A stretch of 64,000 bases of DNA from Okamejei kenojei (lineage: Eukaryota): NCBI GenBank assembly GCA_035221665.1, contig CM069160.1, positions 1,116,001 through 1,180,000 on the forward strand. Reading direction: 5' to 3'. Below, piece by piece: positions 35,370 to 48,525 of this stretch. A model generated the notes under the pieces. It worked only from the letters and a program-made list of their open reading frames with translations, did no database searches and was not told the origin of the DNA. The position numbers and the translations under genes are program-made. Each line of letters opens with the position of its first letter. The stretch's first letter is position 1.

Positions 35370-38300
35370 TAATGCTATTGAGGGAGTGCAGCGTAGGTTT
35401 ACAAGGTTAGTTCCGGAGATGGCGGGACTGTCATATGCTGAGAGAATGGCGCGGCTGGGCTTGTACACTCTGGAGTTTAGAAGGATGAGAGGGGATTTCA
35501 TTGAAAATATAAGATTGTTAAGGGCTAGGACACGCTCTAGTAGAGGCAGGAAACATTATCCGATGTTGGGGGAGGTCCAGAACCAGGGGCCACAAGGGGG
35601 TTTTTTTTAAGAATAAGGAGTAGTAGCCATTTAGAACGGAGACGAGGAAACACTTTTTCTCACAGAGAGTGGTGTCTGTGGAATTCTCTGCCTCAGAGGG
35701 CGATGAAGGCAGGTTCTCTGGATGCTTTCAAGAGAGAGCTAGATGGGGCTCTTAAAAATAGCGGAGTCTGGGAATATGGGGAGAAGGCAGGAACGGGGTA
35801 CTGATTGGGGATGATCAGCCATGATCACATTGAATGGCGGTGCTGGCTCGAAGGGCCAAATGGCCTCCTCCTGCACCTATTGTCTATTGATATTTCAGTT
35901 TGAGTCTCCTCCCCTGCCAGAGCGAGGCTACACGAAAAGAGGAAGAACAGCACAAACATTGAATTCTCACATTTTAGGTAACTGGTTCACCAATCCCCTC
36001 CTCCTTCTTAGCCCCTCCCCAATGCCCCACCTGGTTTTGCACCTATTTCTTCCCTCCCTTTCCGCTTCCTTTAGCTTCACTATTCGCTACTCTTTAATCC
36101 CTTTGTCTCACACCTTCTGCGGTTTCATCTCAGGCCTTTGTCCAACCAAAACGCCCTCAACCAATTACCTGTCAGTCTTTTTCCTGCCCCCCCCCCCCTC
36201 TCTTCCAGTTTTTTCACACCCACCCTTCTCACCCCCCAACCCCCACTAACTCCAAGGAGGGGTCCCGAGATGAAACATCACCTATCCATGATCTCCGGAG
36301 ATGCTGCTCGACCTGCTTAGTTACTCAGGACTTCATGTCTTGTATGTAAAGGGGGAGGTACAGTGAGACCTGGGTGTCCTTGTACACCGGTCACTGAAAG
36401 TTGGCGTGCAGGTACAGCAGGCAGTGAAGAAATGGAATGCTGGCCTTCATAACAAGAGGATTTCAGTACAGGAGTAAAGAGGTTCTTCTGCATTTGTGTA
36501 GGGATCTGGTGAGACCACATCTGGAGTATTGTGTACAGTTTTGGTCTCCTAATTTGAGGAAGGACATCCTTGTGATTGAGGCAGCGCAGCGTAGGTTCAC
36601 GAGATTGATCCATGGTTTGGCGGGACTGTCATATGAGGAAAGATTAAAAAGACTAGGCTTGTATTCATGGAGTTTAGTAGGATGAGGGGGGGGGATCTAA
36701 AAGAAAACATTATTAAGGAACTGGACAAGCCAGATACAGGAAAAATGTTCCCATTGTTGGGTGAGTCAGAAACCAGGGGCCACAGTCTTAGAATAAAGGG
36801 GAGGTCATTTAAGAACTGAGGTTTGAGAAAAAAAACTTTTTTACCCAGAGTTGTGAAATTTATGGAATTCTCTGCCACAGAGGGCAGTGAAGGCCAAATC
36901 ACTGGATGGATTTAAGAGAGAGTTGGATAGAGCTCTAGGGGCTGGTGGAGTCAAGGGATATGGGGAGAAAGCAGGCACGGGTTATTGATTGGGGACAATC
37001 AGCCATGATCACAATGAATGACGGTGCTGGCTCGAAGGGCTGAATGGCCTCCTCCTGCACCTATTTTCTATGTTTCTATGTTTCTTGTGAACTTACGCTG
37101 CACTGCCTCAATCACAAGGATGTCCTTCCTCATATTAGGAGACCAAAACTGTACACAATACTCCAGATGTGGTCTCACCAGAGCTCTATACAACAGCAGA
37201 AGAACCTCTTTACTCCTATACTGAAATCCTCTTGTTCTGAAACAGAAGGCTGTGGAGCCCAAGCTAATGGATATTTTATAAGATGGGTTTGAAAGGTTCT
37301 TGTTAGTACGGGTGTCAAGGATTATGGGGAGAATGCAGGAGAATGCGGTTGAGAGGGATGATAGATCAACATGATTGAATGGCAGGGACTTTTTGGGTTG
37401 AATGGCATAATTCTACGTGTACATCTCATGAACGTATAAGTCCTACCCTGGTTTATTTACAACCATCTTCCATCAAGAGTTGCATCCATTTGCATCTTTG
37501 GCTCATTTCACCAGGTCACCAGACCGTGGTGTAATCACAGATGAATCTCTCGGCGTCCACTACACCACCAATGTGGGCTTCATCTGAAAACCTACTAACC
37601 ATGTCAACAACAAACTGTGAATAGAAATGACAAACCACAATGGGCCCAGCTCTGACCCTGCAGCGCACGGGCTTCTAATCTGACGAACGACACTGCCGAA
37701 CCCTCCTGAGTCCCACCACAAAGCCAACTTTGGATTCATTGCCTTGCTGACCCTGGGATCATGGGATCTAACCTTCCGGACCAGTCCACAAAGGTGAGAC
37801 CTTGTCAAAGGCTAAAGGCCATGTCAACAACATCCTCCACCTTACCCACATAAATCATATGGAATCATTTGGAAGAGGGAATTAGGAGCACCACTAGCAA
37901 GTTTGCAGATGACACAGCTGGGCTCAGGCAGTGAGGTGTGTGAAACTGTGAAGAGGATGTTTGTTAGGAGGTTGCAGGGGGTCCTGGACAGGTTGTGAGT
38001 GCAGTGGGCAGATGCGTGGCAGATGCAGTATAATATAGATAAATGTGAGGTTATCCACTTTGGCGGCAAAAATAAGGGGGCAGATTATTATCTCAATGGG
38101 GTTAGGTTAGGTAAGGGGGAGGTACAGCGGAGACCTGGGCGTCCTTGTACACAGTCACTGAAAGTTGGCGTGCAGGTTCAGCCAGGCAGTGAAGAAAGCT
38201 AATGGAATGCTGGCTTCATAATAAGAGGATTTTTTCAGTATAGGAGTAAGGAGGTTCTTCTGCAGTTGTATAGGGCTCTGGTGGACCACATCTGGAGTAT

Positions 38301-39435
38301 TGTGTACAGTTTTGGTTCTCCTAATTTGAGGAAAGGACATCCTTGTGATTGAGGCAGTGCAGCGTAGGTTACACGAGGTTGATCCCTGGGATGGCGGGGG
38401 GACTGTCATATGACGAAAGATTGAAAAGACTAGGCTTGTATCTCACTGGAGTTTTATAAATGGATGAGGGGGCTCTTATAAGAAGCATATAAAATTATTA
38501 GAAGGACTGGACAAGCTAGATGCAGGAGAAATGTTCCAATGTTTGGGGCGAGTCAGAACCAGGGGCCAGTCTCTTAGAATATAAGGGAGGTCATTTAAGA
38601 CTGAGCTGAGAAAAAACTTTTTCACCCAGAGAGTTGAGAGTTTGTGGAATTCCCTGCCACCGAGGGCAGTGGAGGCCAAGTCACTGGATGGATTTAAGAG
38701 AGAGTTGGATAGAGCTCTAGGGGCTAGTGGAGTCAAGGGATATGGGGAGAAGGCAGGCACGGGTTATTGATAGCGGACGATCAGCCATGATCACAATGAA
38801 TGGCGGTGCTGGCTCGAAGGGCCGAATGGCCTCCTCCTGCACCTATTTTCTTTGTTTCGTATGACTGGACAAGCGAGATGCAGAAAACATGTTCCCAATG
38901 TTGGGCGAGTCCAGAACCAGGGGCCACAGTCTTAGAATAAAGGGGAGGTCATTGAAGACTGAGGTGAATAAAAGCTTTTTCACCCAGAGAGTTGTGAATT
39001 TGTGGAATTCCCTGCCACAGAGGGCAGTGGAGGCCAAATCACTGGATGGATTTAAGAGAGGGTTGGATAGAGCTCTAAGGGCTAGTGGAGTCAAGGGTTA
39101 TGGGGAGAAGGCAGGCATGGGTTATTGATAGGGGACGATCAGCCATGATGGCATTGAATGGCGGTGCTGGCTCGAAGGGCCAATTTGTGGTCCCAGGCAC
39201 AAAGACAGATGTGTACAGCAATTCGTTCTTCCCACCCTCTATTAAAACATGGAATAATCTCCACCAAACCACGGTTGCCCAGCCAGATGCAACTAAATTT
39301 AAAGTGGCACTTTCTTCCCAATAACCCTCTCTTGCTAAGCCCCTCCCTTCACCACCTCCAGTTTAAATTCCAGTTGGAATATTTTGGAGGACCAAGTAAC
39401 CAAGAAGAACCAAGAATGGCCTCCTCCTGCACTTA
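35370..39435 (+). mobile_element. Nested run of CR1/HER1 3' fragments (35370-35890, 36345-37085, inverted 37083-37235, 37860-39180) with a Penelope terminus at 35960-36335
   Basis: Multiple ORFs with RPHLEYCVQFWSP / SRTRGHSLRI / QRVVNLWNSLP. Confidence 0.85.
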
Positions 39436-39535
39436 TTTTCTATGTTTTCTATGAACTGCTCACCCACTGACACTGACCCTGTGTCCAGCCCAACACACGC
39501 ACACACACACACCTCACCCACTGACCCTCACCCAC

Positions 39536-39594
39536 CTGCGGACTCGCCTCCACACAGGAGAGCCGCCAGCAGTAGCAGTACGCAGACGCTGCAT
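39536..39594 (-). CDS. MHC class I leader (signal peptide) exon
   Basis: ACC-ATG Kozak context; reads MQRLVLLLLAALLCGGESA-G after removing one base; ends CAG|GTgggt. Confidence 0.82.
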
Positions 39595-39681
39595 GGTCTG
39601 TCCAGGTTGCGGCAGGTTTGCGAGTCCCGGGGCAGAGGGCGGATTCACCTCCAGTCGTCCCGCACTGACTGGTGCCCGCGG

Positions 39682-39827
39682 CCAAATCACAGTCCGGCCG
39701 CCCGGGAGAGTCACCGGTATCCGGGCAGAAGAGCCGCAAGATTTATGTCGCTCGCAATGACAGATGGAAAATATCCCAGTCTGTGCAATCAGCAGCGGAG
39801 CTGGGGCCCGCCTCACCGGTTGTCGGG
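39682..39827 (-). promoter_or_regulatory. MHC class I proximal promoter: two tandem X1/X2-Y modules and a kB-like site
   Basis: CCCGGATACCGGTGAC (X 39725-39712) + 24 nt + ATTTGG; CCCGACAACCGGTGAG (X 39827-39814) + 24 nt + ATTGC; GGGATATTTTCC 39777-39766; 90-230 nt upstream of the ATG. Confidence 0.72.
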
Positions 39828-39976
39828 GACAGTGGAGAGCGTGTGATTTGCAATGACACACACCGAGAGTGTGCGAGCAGGAGCGAGAGACGCACAGGAC
39901 CCACCCACACAGATCCTGGAGATACTGACTAGACGGACCCTGGGGATAGAGAATCAGTGAAGAAAGCGAATGGCAT

Positions 39977-40348
39977 GATTCCTAGGATGGCCAGACCGAT
40001 TCCTGGGATGACCAGACTGATTCCTGGGATGGCCAGACTGATTCCTGGGATCACAGACGATTCCTGGGATGGCCAGACTGATTCCTGGGATGGCCAGACT
40101 GATTCCTGGGATGACCAGACTGATTCCTGGCATGACCAGACTGATTCCTGGGATGTCCAGACTGATTCCTGGGATGTCCAGACTGATTCCTGGGATGACC
40201 AGACTGATTCCTGGGATGGCCAGACTGATTCCTGGGAGGTCCAGACTGATTCCTGGGATGACCAGACTGATTCCTGGCATGACCAGACTGATTCCTGAGA
40301 TGTCCAGACTGATTCCTGGGATGGCCCAGACTGATTCCTGGGATGCCA
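39977..40348 (+). repeat. 21-bp minisatellite (CCAGACTGATTCCTGGGATG+N) derived from CR1 coding sequence
   Basis: About 17 copies encoding TRLIPGM, running directly into a CR1 3' fragment at 40345. Confidence 0.92.
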
Positions 40349-41245
40349 GGACTTTCATATGAGGAAAGACTGGATAGACTCGGCTTGTACTCGCTAGAAT
40401 TTAGAAGATTGAGAGGGGATCTTATAGAGACTTACACAATTCTTAAGGGGTTGGACAGGCTAGATGCAGGAAGATTGTTCCCGATGTTGGGGAGGACCAT
40501 AACAAGGGGTCACAGTTTAAGGATAAGGGGGAAATCTTTTAGGACCGAGATGAGAACAAATATTTTCACACAGAGAGCGGTGAATCTGTGGAATTCTCTG
40601 CCACAGAAGGTAGTTGAGGCCAGTTCATTGGCTATATTTAAGAGGGAGTTAGATGTGGCCCTTGTGGCTAAAGGGATCAGGGGGTATGGAGAGAAGGCAG
40701 GTACAGGATACTGAGTTGGATAATCAGCCATGATCATATTGAATGGCGGTGCAGGCTCGATGGGGCCAATGGCCTACTCCTGCACTATTTTCTATGTTTC
40801 TATGACTATGAGCATAGAGGTCCTTCTGCAGCTGTACAGAGACCTAGTGAGACCACACCTGGAGTATTGTGTGGAGTTTTGGTCCCCTAATTTGAGGAAG
40901 GACATTCTTGCTATTGAGGGAGTGCAGCGTAGGTTTACAAGGTTAATTCCCAGGATGGCAGGACTGTCATATGCTGAGAGAATGGAGCAGTTGGGCTTGT
41001 ACACTCTGCAGTTTAGAAGGATGAGAGGGATTCTCATTGAAACATATAAGATTGTTAAGGGCGGTGGAGGTGGGTTCTCTGGATGCTTTCAAGAGAGAGC
41101 TAGAGAGGGCTCTTAAAAATAGCAGAGTCAGGGGATATGGGGAGAAGGCAGGAACGGGTTGGGGATGATCAGCCATGATCACATTGAATGGCGGTGCCGG
41201 CTCGAAGGGCCAAATGGCCTACTCCTGCACATATTGTCTATCTAA
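40345..41245 (+). mobile_element. Two tandem CR1/HER1 3' fragments
   Basis: ORFs 40343..40714 and 40730..41116. Confidence 0.92.
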
Positions 41246-41712
41246 GGACAGACACTCGGGACAGACCAGAGGCAAGGACTCGGGATAGAGGGACCCTTGG
41301 GGACACCGACCCTGGGGCTACAGGCTGTGACAGACAAACCTTGAGACACAGACCGTGGACACACACCCTGGGGGACAACGTCTAGCGACACAAATCCTGA
41401 GACACATTAACCAGGGCATCGACCCTGAGACACAGACACAAAGGTTTGATGAACAAGGGCAGTCACGGTTGCGCCGGAGACCGCCCACCCCCCCCGTTTG
41501 ATCCCGATTACCGGTGCTGTCTGTACGGAGTTTGTACGTTCTCCCCGTGACCTGCGTGGGTTTTCTCCGAGATCTTCGGTTTCCTCCCATATTCCAGATG
41601 GGCAGGTTTGTAGGTTAATTGGCTTGGTAAACTATACTACTCCCACCTGCTTACATTTGACCCATGTCCATCAAAACCTGTACTGTACATGCACTGTACA
41701 TGTCTAAATGTT

Positions 41713-44700
41713 TCAAGGTGACCAAGGCTGGGAGCTCAACATGTAAGGGTATTCAATATTCAGGAAAGATAGACCAAAAGGAAGAACAGTTAAAGAGGAG
41801 ACTAATGCATTAGTAAGGAGAGACATTTGCTTGGATGCTGTAGAATTTGTGGGTAGAACTGCAAAATAAACAAGGGTAAAAAACCCTTGTGTACAGACCA
41901 GCAAACAGCAGTAGGGAGGTTGGGTTTGGCATCAAACACGAAACTAGGGATGCGCGTAGCAAAGGTACAGTAGTTAACATGGGTGACTTTAATCTACATA
42001 TAGATTGGGTCAACCAAATTGGTAACAGCGCTGAGGAGGATTTCCTGGAATGTACAGTGGCTTGCAAAAGTTTTCATACCCCTTGAACTTTTCCACATTT
42101 TGTCACGTTACAACTACAAACGTAAATGTATCTTATTGGGATTTTATGTGATAGACCAACACAAAGTGGTGCATAATTGTGAAGTGGAAGGAAAATGATA
42201 CATGGTTTTCAAATTTTTTTACAAATAAAAAACTGAAAAGAGTGGCGTGCAAACGTATTCAGCCCCCTTTACTCTGATACCCCTAAATAAAATCCAGTGC
42301 AACCAATTGTCTTCAGAAGTCACTTAATTAGTAAATAGAGTCCACTTGTGTGTAATCTAATCTCAGTATAAATACAGCTGTTCTGTGAAGGCCTCAGAGG
42401 TTGTTAGAGAACAAACAGCATTATGAAGCCCAAGGAGCACACCAGACAGGTCAGGGATAAATTTGAAGGAGAAGTTTAAAGCAGGGTTAGGTTATAAAAT
42501 AATATCCCAAGCTTTGAACATCTCATGGAGCACTGTTCAATTCCATCATCCGAAAATGGAAAGAGTATGGCACAAACTGCAAACCTACCAAGACATGGCC
42601 GTCCACCTAAACTGACAGGCCGTCAAGGAGAGCTTGATCAGAGAAGCAGCAAGAGGCCCATGGTAACTTGGAGGAGCTGCACAGATCCACAGCTCAGGTG
42701 GGAGAATCTGTCCAAGGACAACTATTAGTCGTTGCACTCACAAATCAGGCTTTATGGAAGAGTGGCAAGAAAGAGAAAGCCATTGTTGAAACAAAAGCCA
42801 TAAGGAAGTCAGTTTGCAGTTTGCCACAAGCCATTGTGGGGGACACAGCAAACATGTGGAGGAAGGTGCTCTGGTTGTGATGGAGACCAAAATTGATGTT
42901 TTTGGCCTAAATGCAAAACGCTATGTGTGGCGGAAAAAACCAACACTGCACATCACCCTTGAAACACACCATCCCCACTGTGAAACATGGTGGTGGCAGC
43001 ATCATGCTGTGGGGATGCTTTTCTTCAGCATGGACAGGGAAGCTGGTCAGAGTTGATAGAAAGATGGATGGAGCCAAATACAGGGCAATCTGGGAAGAAA
43101 ACCTGTTAGAGTCTTCAAAAGACTTGAGACTGGGGCGGAGGTTCACCTTCCAGCAGGGACAACGACCCTAAAACATACAGCCAGAGCTACAATGGAATGG
43201 TTTAGATCAAAGCATATTCATGTGTTAGAATGGCCCAGTCAAAGTCCAGACTAAATCCAATTGAGAATCTCTGGCAAGACTTGAAAATTGCTGTTCACAG
43301 ACGCTCTCCATCCAATCTGACTGAGCTTGAGCTATTTTGCAAAGAATGGGCAAAAATTTCAGTCTCTAGATGTGCAAAGCTGGTAGAGACATACCCCAAA
43401 AGACTGGCAGCTGTAATTGCAGCGAAAGGTGGTTCTACAAAGTATTGACTCAGGGGGGCTGAATACTTTTGCACGCCACACTTTTCAGTTTTTTATTTGT
43501 AATAAAATTTGGAAACCATGTATCATTTTCCTTCCACTTCACAATTATGCACCACTTTGTGTTGGTCTATCACATAAAATCCCAATAAAATACATTTACG
43601 TTTGTGGTTGTAACGTGACAAAATGTGGAGAAGTTCAAGGGGTATGAAAACTTTTGCAAGCCACTGTATATGGGATGGTTTTCTAAGCCAATATGTAGAG
43701 GAACCAACTAGAGGGTAGGCCATCCTGGACTGGTATTGTGTAATGAGGAAGGATTAGTTAGCAATCTTGTTGTGCAAAGCCTTTTGGGCAACAGTGCCCA
43801 TAATATGGTGGAATTCTGCATTAGGATGGACACAGTTAATCCAGAGACTAGGGCCCCAAACTTAAACAAATTAGACTTTGTTGGTAGGAGACGGGAATTG
43901 GCAAGGACAGACTGGCAAATTATACTTAAAGGGTTGAGGGTAGAGATGCAATGGCAAAGATTTAAAGATTGCATGGTTTGACTATAAAAATCGTTCACCT
44001 CTGCCTGGCGAAAAAATAAAATGGGGAAGGCGGCTCAACCGTGGCTAAGGAGGGAAATTAAGGAGAGTAATAAATCAAAGGAAGAGGCATATAAATTGGC
44101 CAGAGGAAACAGCAAACTGGGATAAATTTAGAATTCAACTGAAGAGGACAAAGGGGTAAGTTAAGAGGGGGAAGAAGAGCTTGATACATAGAAACATAGA
44201 AAATAGGTGCAGGAGGAGGCCATTCGGCCCTTCGAGCCAGCACCGCCATTCATTGTGATCATGGCTGAAAGAAAGATTGTGGGGAATATAAAAACTGTCT
44301 GTAAAAACTTCTTTAGATATGTGAAGAAGAAAAGATTAGTGAAGACAAATGTAGGTCCCTTACAGTCAGAGACAGGTGTATTTATAAGGGGAAATAAGGT
44401 AATGGCAGACCAGTTAAACAGATGCTTTGGTTCCGACTTCATTAAGGAACTCACATAATAATCTCCCGGAAATACTAGGGGACCGAGGATCTAGTGGGAG
44501 GGAGGAATTGAAGGGAATCCACATTAGTCAGGAAATGGTGTTAGGTAAACTGTTGGGACTGCAGGCCTATAGATCCCCAGGGCCTGGCGGTCTGCATCCC
44601 AGAGTACTCACGCAGGTGGCACTAGAAATCGTCGATGTATTGGTCATCATTTTCCAATGTTTTATGGACTAGTTCAGATCCTGTATACAGGAGGGTAGAT

Positions 44701-45790
44701 AATGTCACCCCTCTTTTTAAGAAAGGAGGGGAGAATTTTGAATTATAGACCAGTTAGCCTTACATTGGTGGTGGGGAGGACTGCTTGAATCGATTATTAA
44801 AGATGTAATAGTAGCCCATTTGGAAATCAGTGGCAGAATCGGTCAGTCAGCATGGATTTATGAAGGGGAAATCATGCTTGACTAATCATCTGGATTTTTT
44901 TTTGAGGATGTAACAAATAGAATGGACAGGGGAGAGGCAGTGGATGTGGTATATCTGGACTTTCAAAAAGCATTTGACAAGGTCCCACACAAGAGCTAAG
45001 TGAGCAAAATGAGAGCACATGGTATTGGGAGAAGGATATTGACATGGATGCAGAACTGGTTGGCAGACAGGAAGCAAAGAACAGGAATTAACGGGTCCTT
45101 TTCAAAATGGCAGGCAATATTCATTGGGCTGGTATTCACTGAAAATTAGGAGGAGAGGAGATCTTAAAGAAACATTGAATTCTTAAGGGATTGGACAGGC
45201 TAGATGCAGGAAAAATATCCACGATGTTGGGGGAGTCCAGAACCAGGGGTCACAGGTTAAAAATAAGGGGTAGGCCACTTAAGACTGAGATAAGGAAAAC
45301 CTTTTTCGTCCAGAGAATTGTGAATCTGTGGAATTCTTTGCCACAGAATGCAGTGGAGGTCAATTCGCTGGATGTTTTCAAGGGAGTGTTAGATTTAGGC
45401 CTTAGGGCTAAATTAATCAATGGATATGCAGGAAAAATGTTCCCAATGTTGCAGGAAAAATGTTCCCAATGTTGGTTGAGTCCAGAACCAGGGGCCACAG
45501 TCTTAGAATAAAGGGGAGGTCATTTAAGACTGAGCTGAGAAAAAACCTTTTCACCCAGAGAGTTGTGAATTTATGGAATTCCCTGCCACAGAGGGCAGTG
45601 GAGGCCAAATCACTGGATGGATTCAAGAGAGAGTTGGATAGAACTCTAGGGGCTAGTGGAGTCAAGGGATATGGGGAGAAGGCAGGCACGGGTTATTGAT
45701 AGCGGACGATCAGCCATGATCACAATGAATGGCGGTGCTGGCTCAAAGGGCCGAATGGCCTCCTCCTGCATCTATTTTCTATGTTTCTAT
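41713..45790 (+). mobile_element. Long degenerate CR1 ORF2 (endonuclease to RT), interrupted by Tc1 and capped by further 3' ends
   Basis: MGDFNLHIDW..EEDFLEC | ..SPGPGGLHPRVL..QHGFMKGKSCLTN..YLDFQKAFDKVPH. Confidence 0.85.
42055..43666 (+). mobile_element. Full-length Tc1/mariner DNA transposon (Passport-like) with frameshifted transposase at about 42423-43448
   Basis: TA|CAGTGGCTTGCAAAAG...CTTTTGCAAGCCACTG|TA, ~200+ bp TIRs; [51 protein letters not shown]. Confidence 0.96.
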
Positions 45791-46594
45791 GACTAGAATA
45801 TAAAAGCGTGGATGTAATGCTGAGGCTCTAAAAGGCACTGGTCAGTCCGTACATAGAACAGTTTGGGCCCCGTATCTGGGGAGGGATGTGCTTGCGTAGG
45901 AAAGGATCCAGATGGGCTTTACGAGAATGATGAGCATCTGATGGCACTGGGCCTGTACTAGCTGGAGTTTTTGAAGGATGAGAGAGGAGGGGGAGGGGCA
46001 GGGGGAGGGTTCTAATTGCAACTTACCAAATAGTGAAAGGCCCGGGTAGAGTGGAGAATGAGAGAATGTTTCCACTAGTGGGAGAGTCTCGGATTAGAGG
46101 GCACAGACTCGGAATAAAAGTACATACCTTTCGAAACGAGATGAGGATCATATCTTTAGCCAGGTGGTGGTGAATCTGTGGAATTCAATGCCACAGATGG
46201 TTATGGAGGCTGAGGCTTTGAGTACTTTTCAAGTGGATAGTGTCAGGTTCTTGATTAATAACTGTCAAAGATTATGGGTAGAAGGCAAAAGAATGGGGTT
46301 GAGAGGGAAAGGGGACGATCAGCCATGATCACAATGAATGGCGCTGCTGGCACGAAGGGCCGAATGGCCTCCTCCTGCACCTATTTTCTATGTTTCTATG
46401 TTAAAAGTGCCAGAGACCCAGAATTGATCCTGAATATGGGTGCTGTCTGTATGGTTTGCTCCTTTTCCCTTTGATCGCATGGGTTTTCACCGGGCGCTCT
46501 TGTTTCCTTCCACATTCCAAAGGTGTGCAGGAACCTATTTCAGACCCAACCCAAAATATAATATTTTCCTTTTGTCCAGAGATTCTGTCTGACC

Positions 46595-47000
46595 TTGATT
46601 TGATTTGATTTGATTTGATTTTTATTACTTGTCATTCGAACCTCAGAGAGGCTCAAACGAAACTCCGCTTCTACAAGCCGTACAAACAAACAAACAGAAC
46701 AATTCATAAAAAACACACAAACAATTAAATTCACACAAAACATCCATCACAGTGAATCTCCTCCTCACTGTGATGGAAGGCAAAGTTCTTCTCCCTCTCC
46801 TCCGCACCATTTTTCTCCCGATGTCGAAGCCCCAGGCGGGCGGGTGTTAAGTCCCACGGCCATTGAGGCCGCGCCGGGCGATGTATGACCCCGCTCTAGG
46901 CCCAAAAGTCACAAAGTTGGAGCCCCCGGCGGGCGCTGGAATGTCCCGCGGTGATTAAAGCCGCGCCGTGCGATGTACGGCCCCGCTCCGGGTCGTTCCA
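46595..47000 (-). mobile_element. Unclassified interspersed repeat with 3' hairpin and microsatellite tail
   Basis: CCATCACAGTGA..TCACTGTGATGG hairpin at about 46744-46776 and (TGATT)n; related copy at 50877-51668(+). Confidence 0.55.
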
Positions 47001-47070
47001 ACACACACGATACTGTACGATAGAACGTTATTATTCCCAGGAGGGAAATTGTGTGTGTGTGTATATATAT

Positions 47071-47109
<39 letters not shown>

Positions 47110-47999
47110 TCATATATAAATTATACACCATTTTGTTTTCTCGTTTATAACATTGTTTACAGAGTACTATGTTTACATATTCTGTTGTGCTGCTGCAAGT
47201 AAGAATTTCACTGTTCTAACTGGGACGTGAGAGAATAAAACACTCTTGACGTACTCCGCTAATGTGTGGGATAGAACTAGTGTACGCGGTGGGCCGAAGG
47301 GCCTGTTTCAATGCTGTATCTTTAAATGAAACTAAAACCACTAAAACCAGAGGAGTCTAAAGAAGGGTCTCTACCCGAAACGTCACCCAATTTCTACTAT
47401 CCAGAGATGCTGGCTGCTCCATGGAGTTCCCCCACACAATTAAAGCATGGAGTAGTCTTCACCCTACCATAGTTACCCAACCCGAAGCAACTAAATTTAA
47501 GGTCCCCAGGAACCGTTTTTTACTAAAGTCCAAGTCAAGAGAGTTTTATTGTCATGTGTCCCAGATAGGACAATTAAATTTTTGCTTGCTGCAGCACAAC
47601 AGAATATGTAAACATAATACAGCACAGGAGATAAAAGTTCAGTGTGTTTATACACCATAGACCATATATATATATATATATATATACATACACAATAAAT
47701 CAAAGGTTTAAAGGTTATTTATTGGTCACATACACCAATTGATGGAGTGAAATGATTCTTGCCAAAGCAGCACATAAAAAGAATACAGACATAACAATAA
47801 TAAAGTGATTTAAACATAAAAAACATCCCCCCACAATGGTTCCCATTATGAGGGAAGGCACAAAGTCCAGTCCCCATCCCCATGTCCACCCATAGTCGGG
47901 CCTATTGAGGCCTCCGCAGTCGCCTTCACGGAGGCCCGATGTTCCAGGCCGTTCTCGCCGGGTGATGGTGCTCTGGCGTCGGGAGAATCCTCTCAGCGG

Positions 48000-48525
48000 C
48001 TTACATAGAAAATAGGTGCAGGAGTAGGCCATTCGGCCCTTCGAGCCTGCACTGCCATTCAATATGATCATGGCTGATCATCCAACTCAGTATCCCGTAC
48101 CTGCCTTCTCTCCATACCCCCTGATCCCTTTAGCCACAAGGGCCACATCTAAATATAGCCAACAAACTGGCCTCAACTACCTTCTGTGGCAGAGAATTCC
48201 ACAGATTCACCACTCTCTGTGTGAAAAATGTTTTTCTCATCTCGGTCCTAAAAGACTTCCCCCCTTATCCTTAAACTGTGACCCCTTGTTCTGGACTTCC
48301 CCAACATCGGGAACAATCTTCCTGCATCTAGCCTGTCCAACCCCTTAAGAATTTTGTAAGTCTCTATAAGATCCCCCCTCAATCTTCTAAATTCCAGCGA
48401 GTACAAGCCGAGTCTATCCACTCTTTCTTCATATGGAAGTCCTGCCAATCCCAGGAATCAGTCAGGTGAACCTTCTCTGTACTCCCTCCATGGCAAGAAT
48501 GTCTTTCCTCAGATTTGGAGACCAC
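48000..48525 (-). mobile_element. CR1/HER1 3' fragment inserted in a GC-rich repeat (47715-48830)
   Basis: ORF 48248..48448. Confidence 0.88.
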
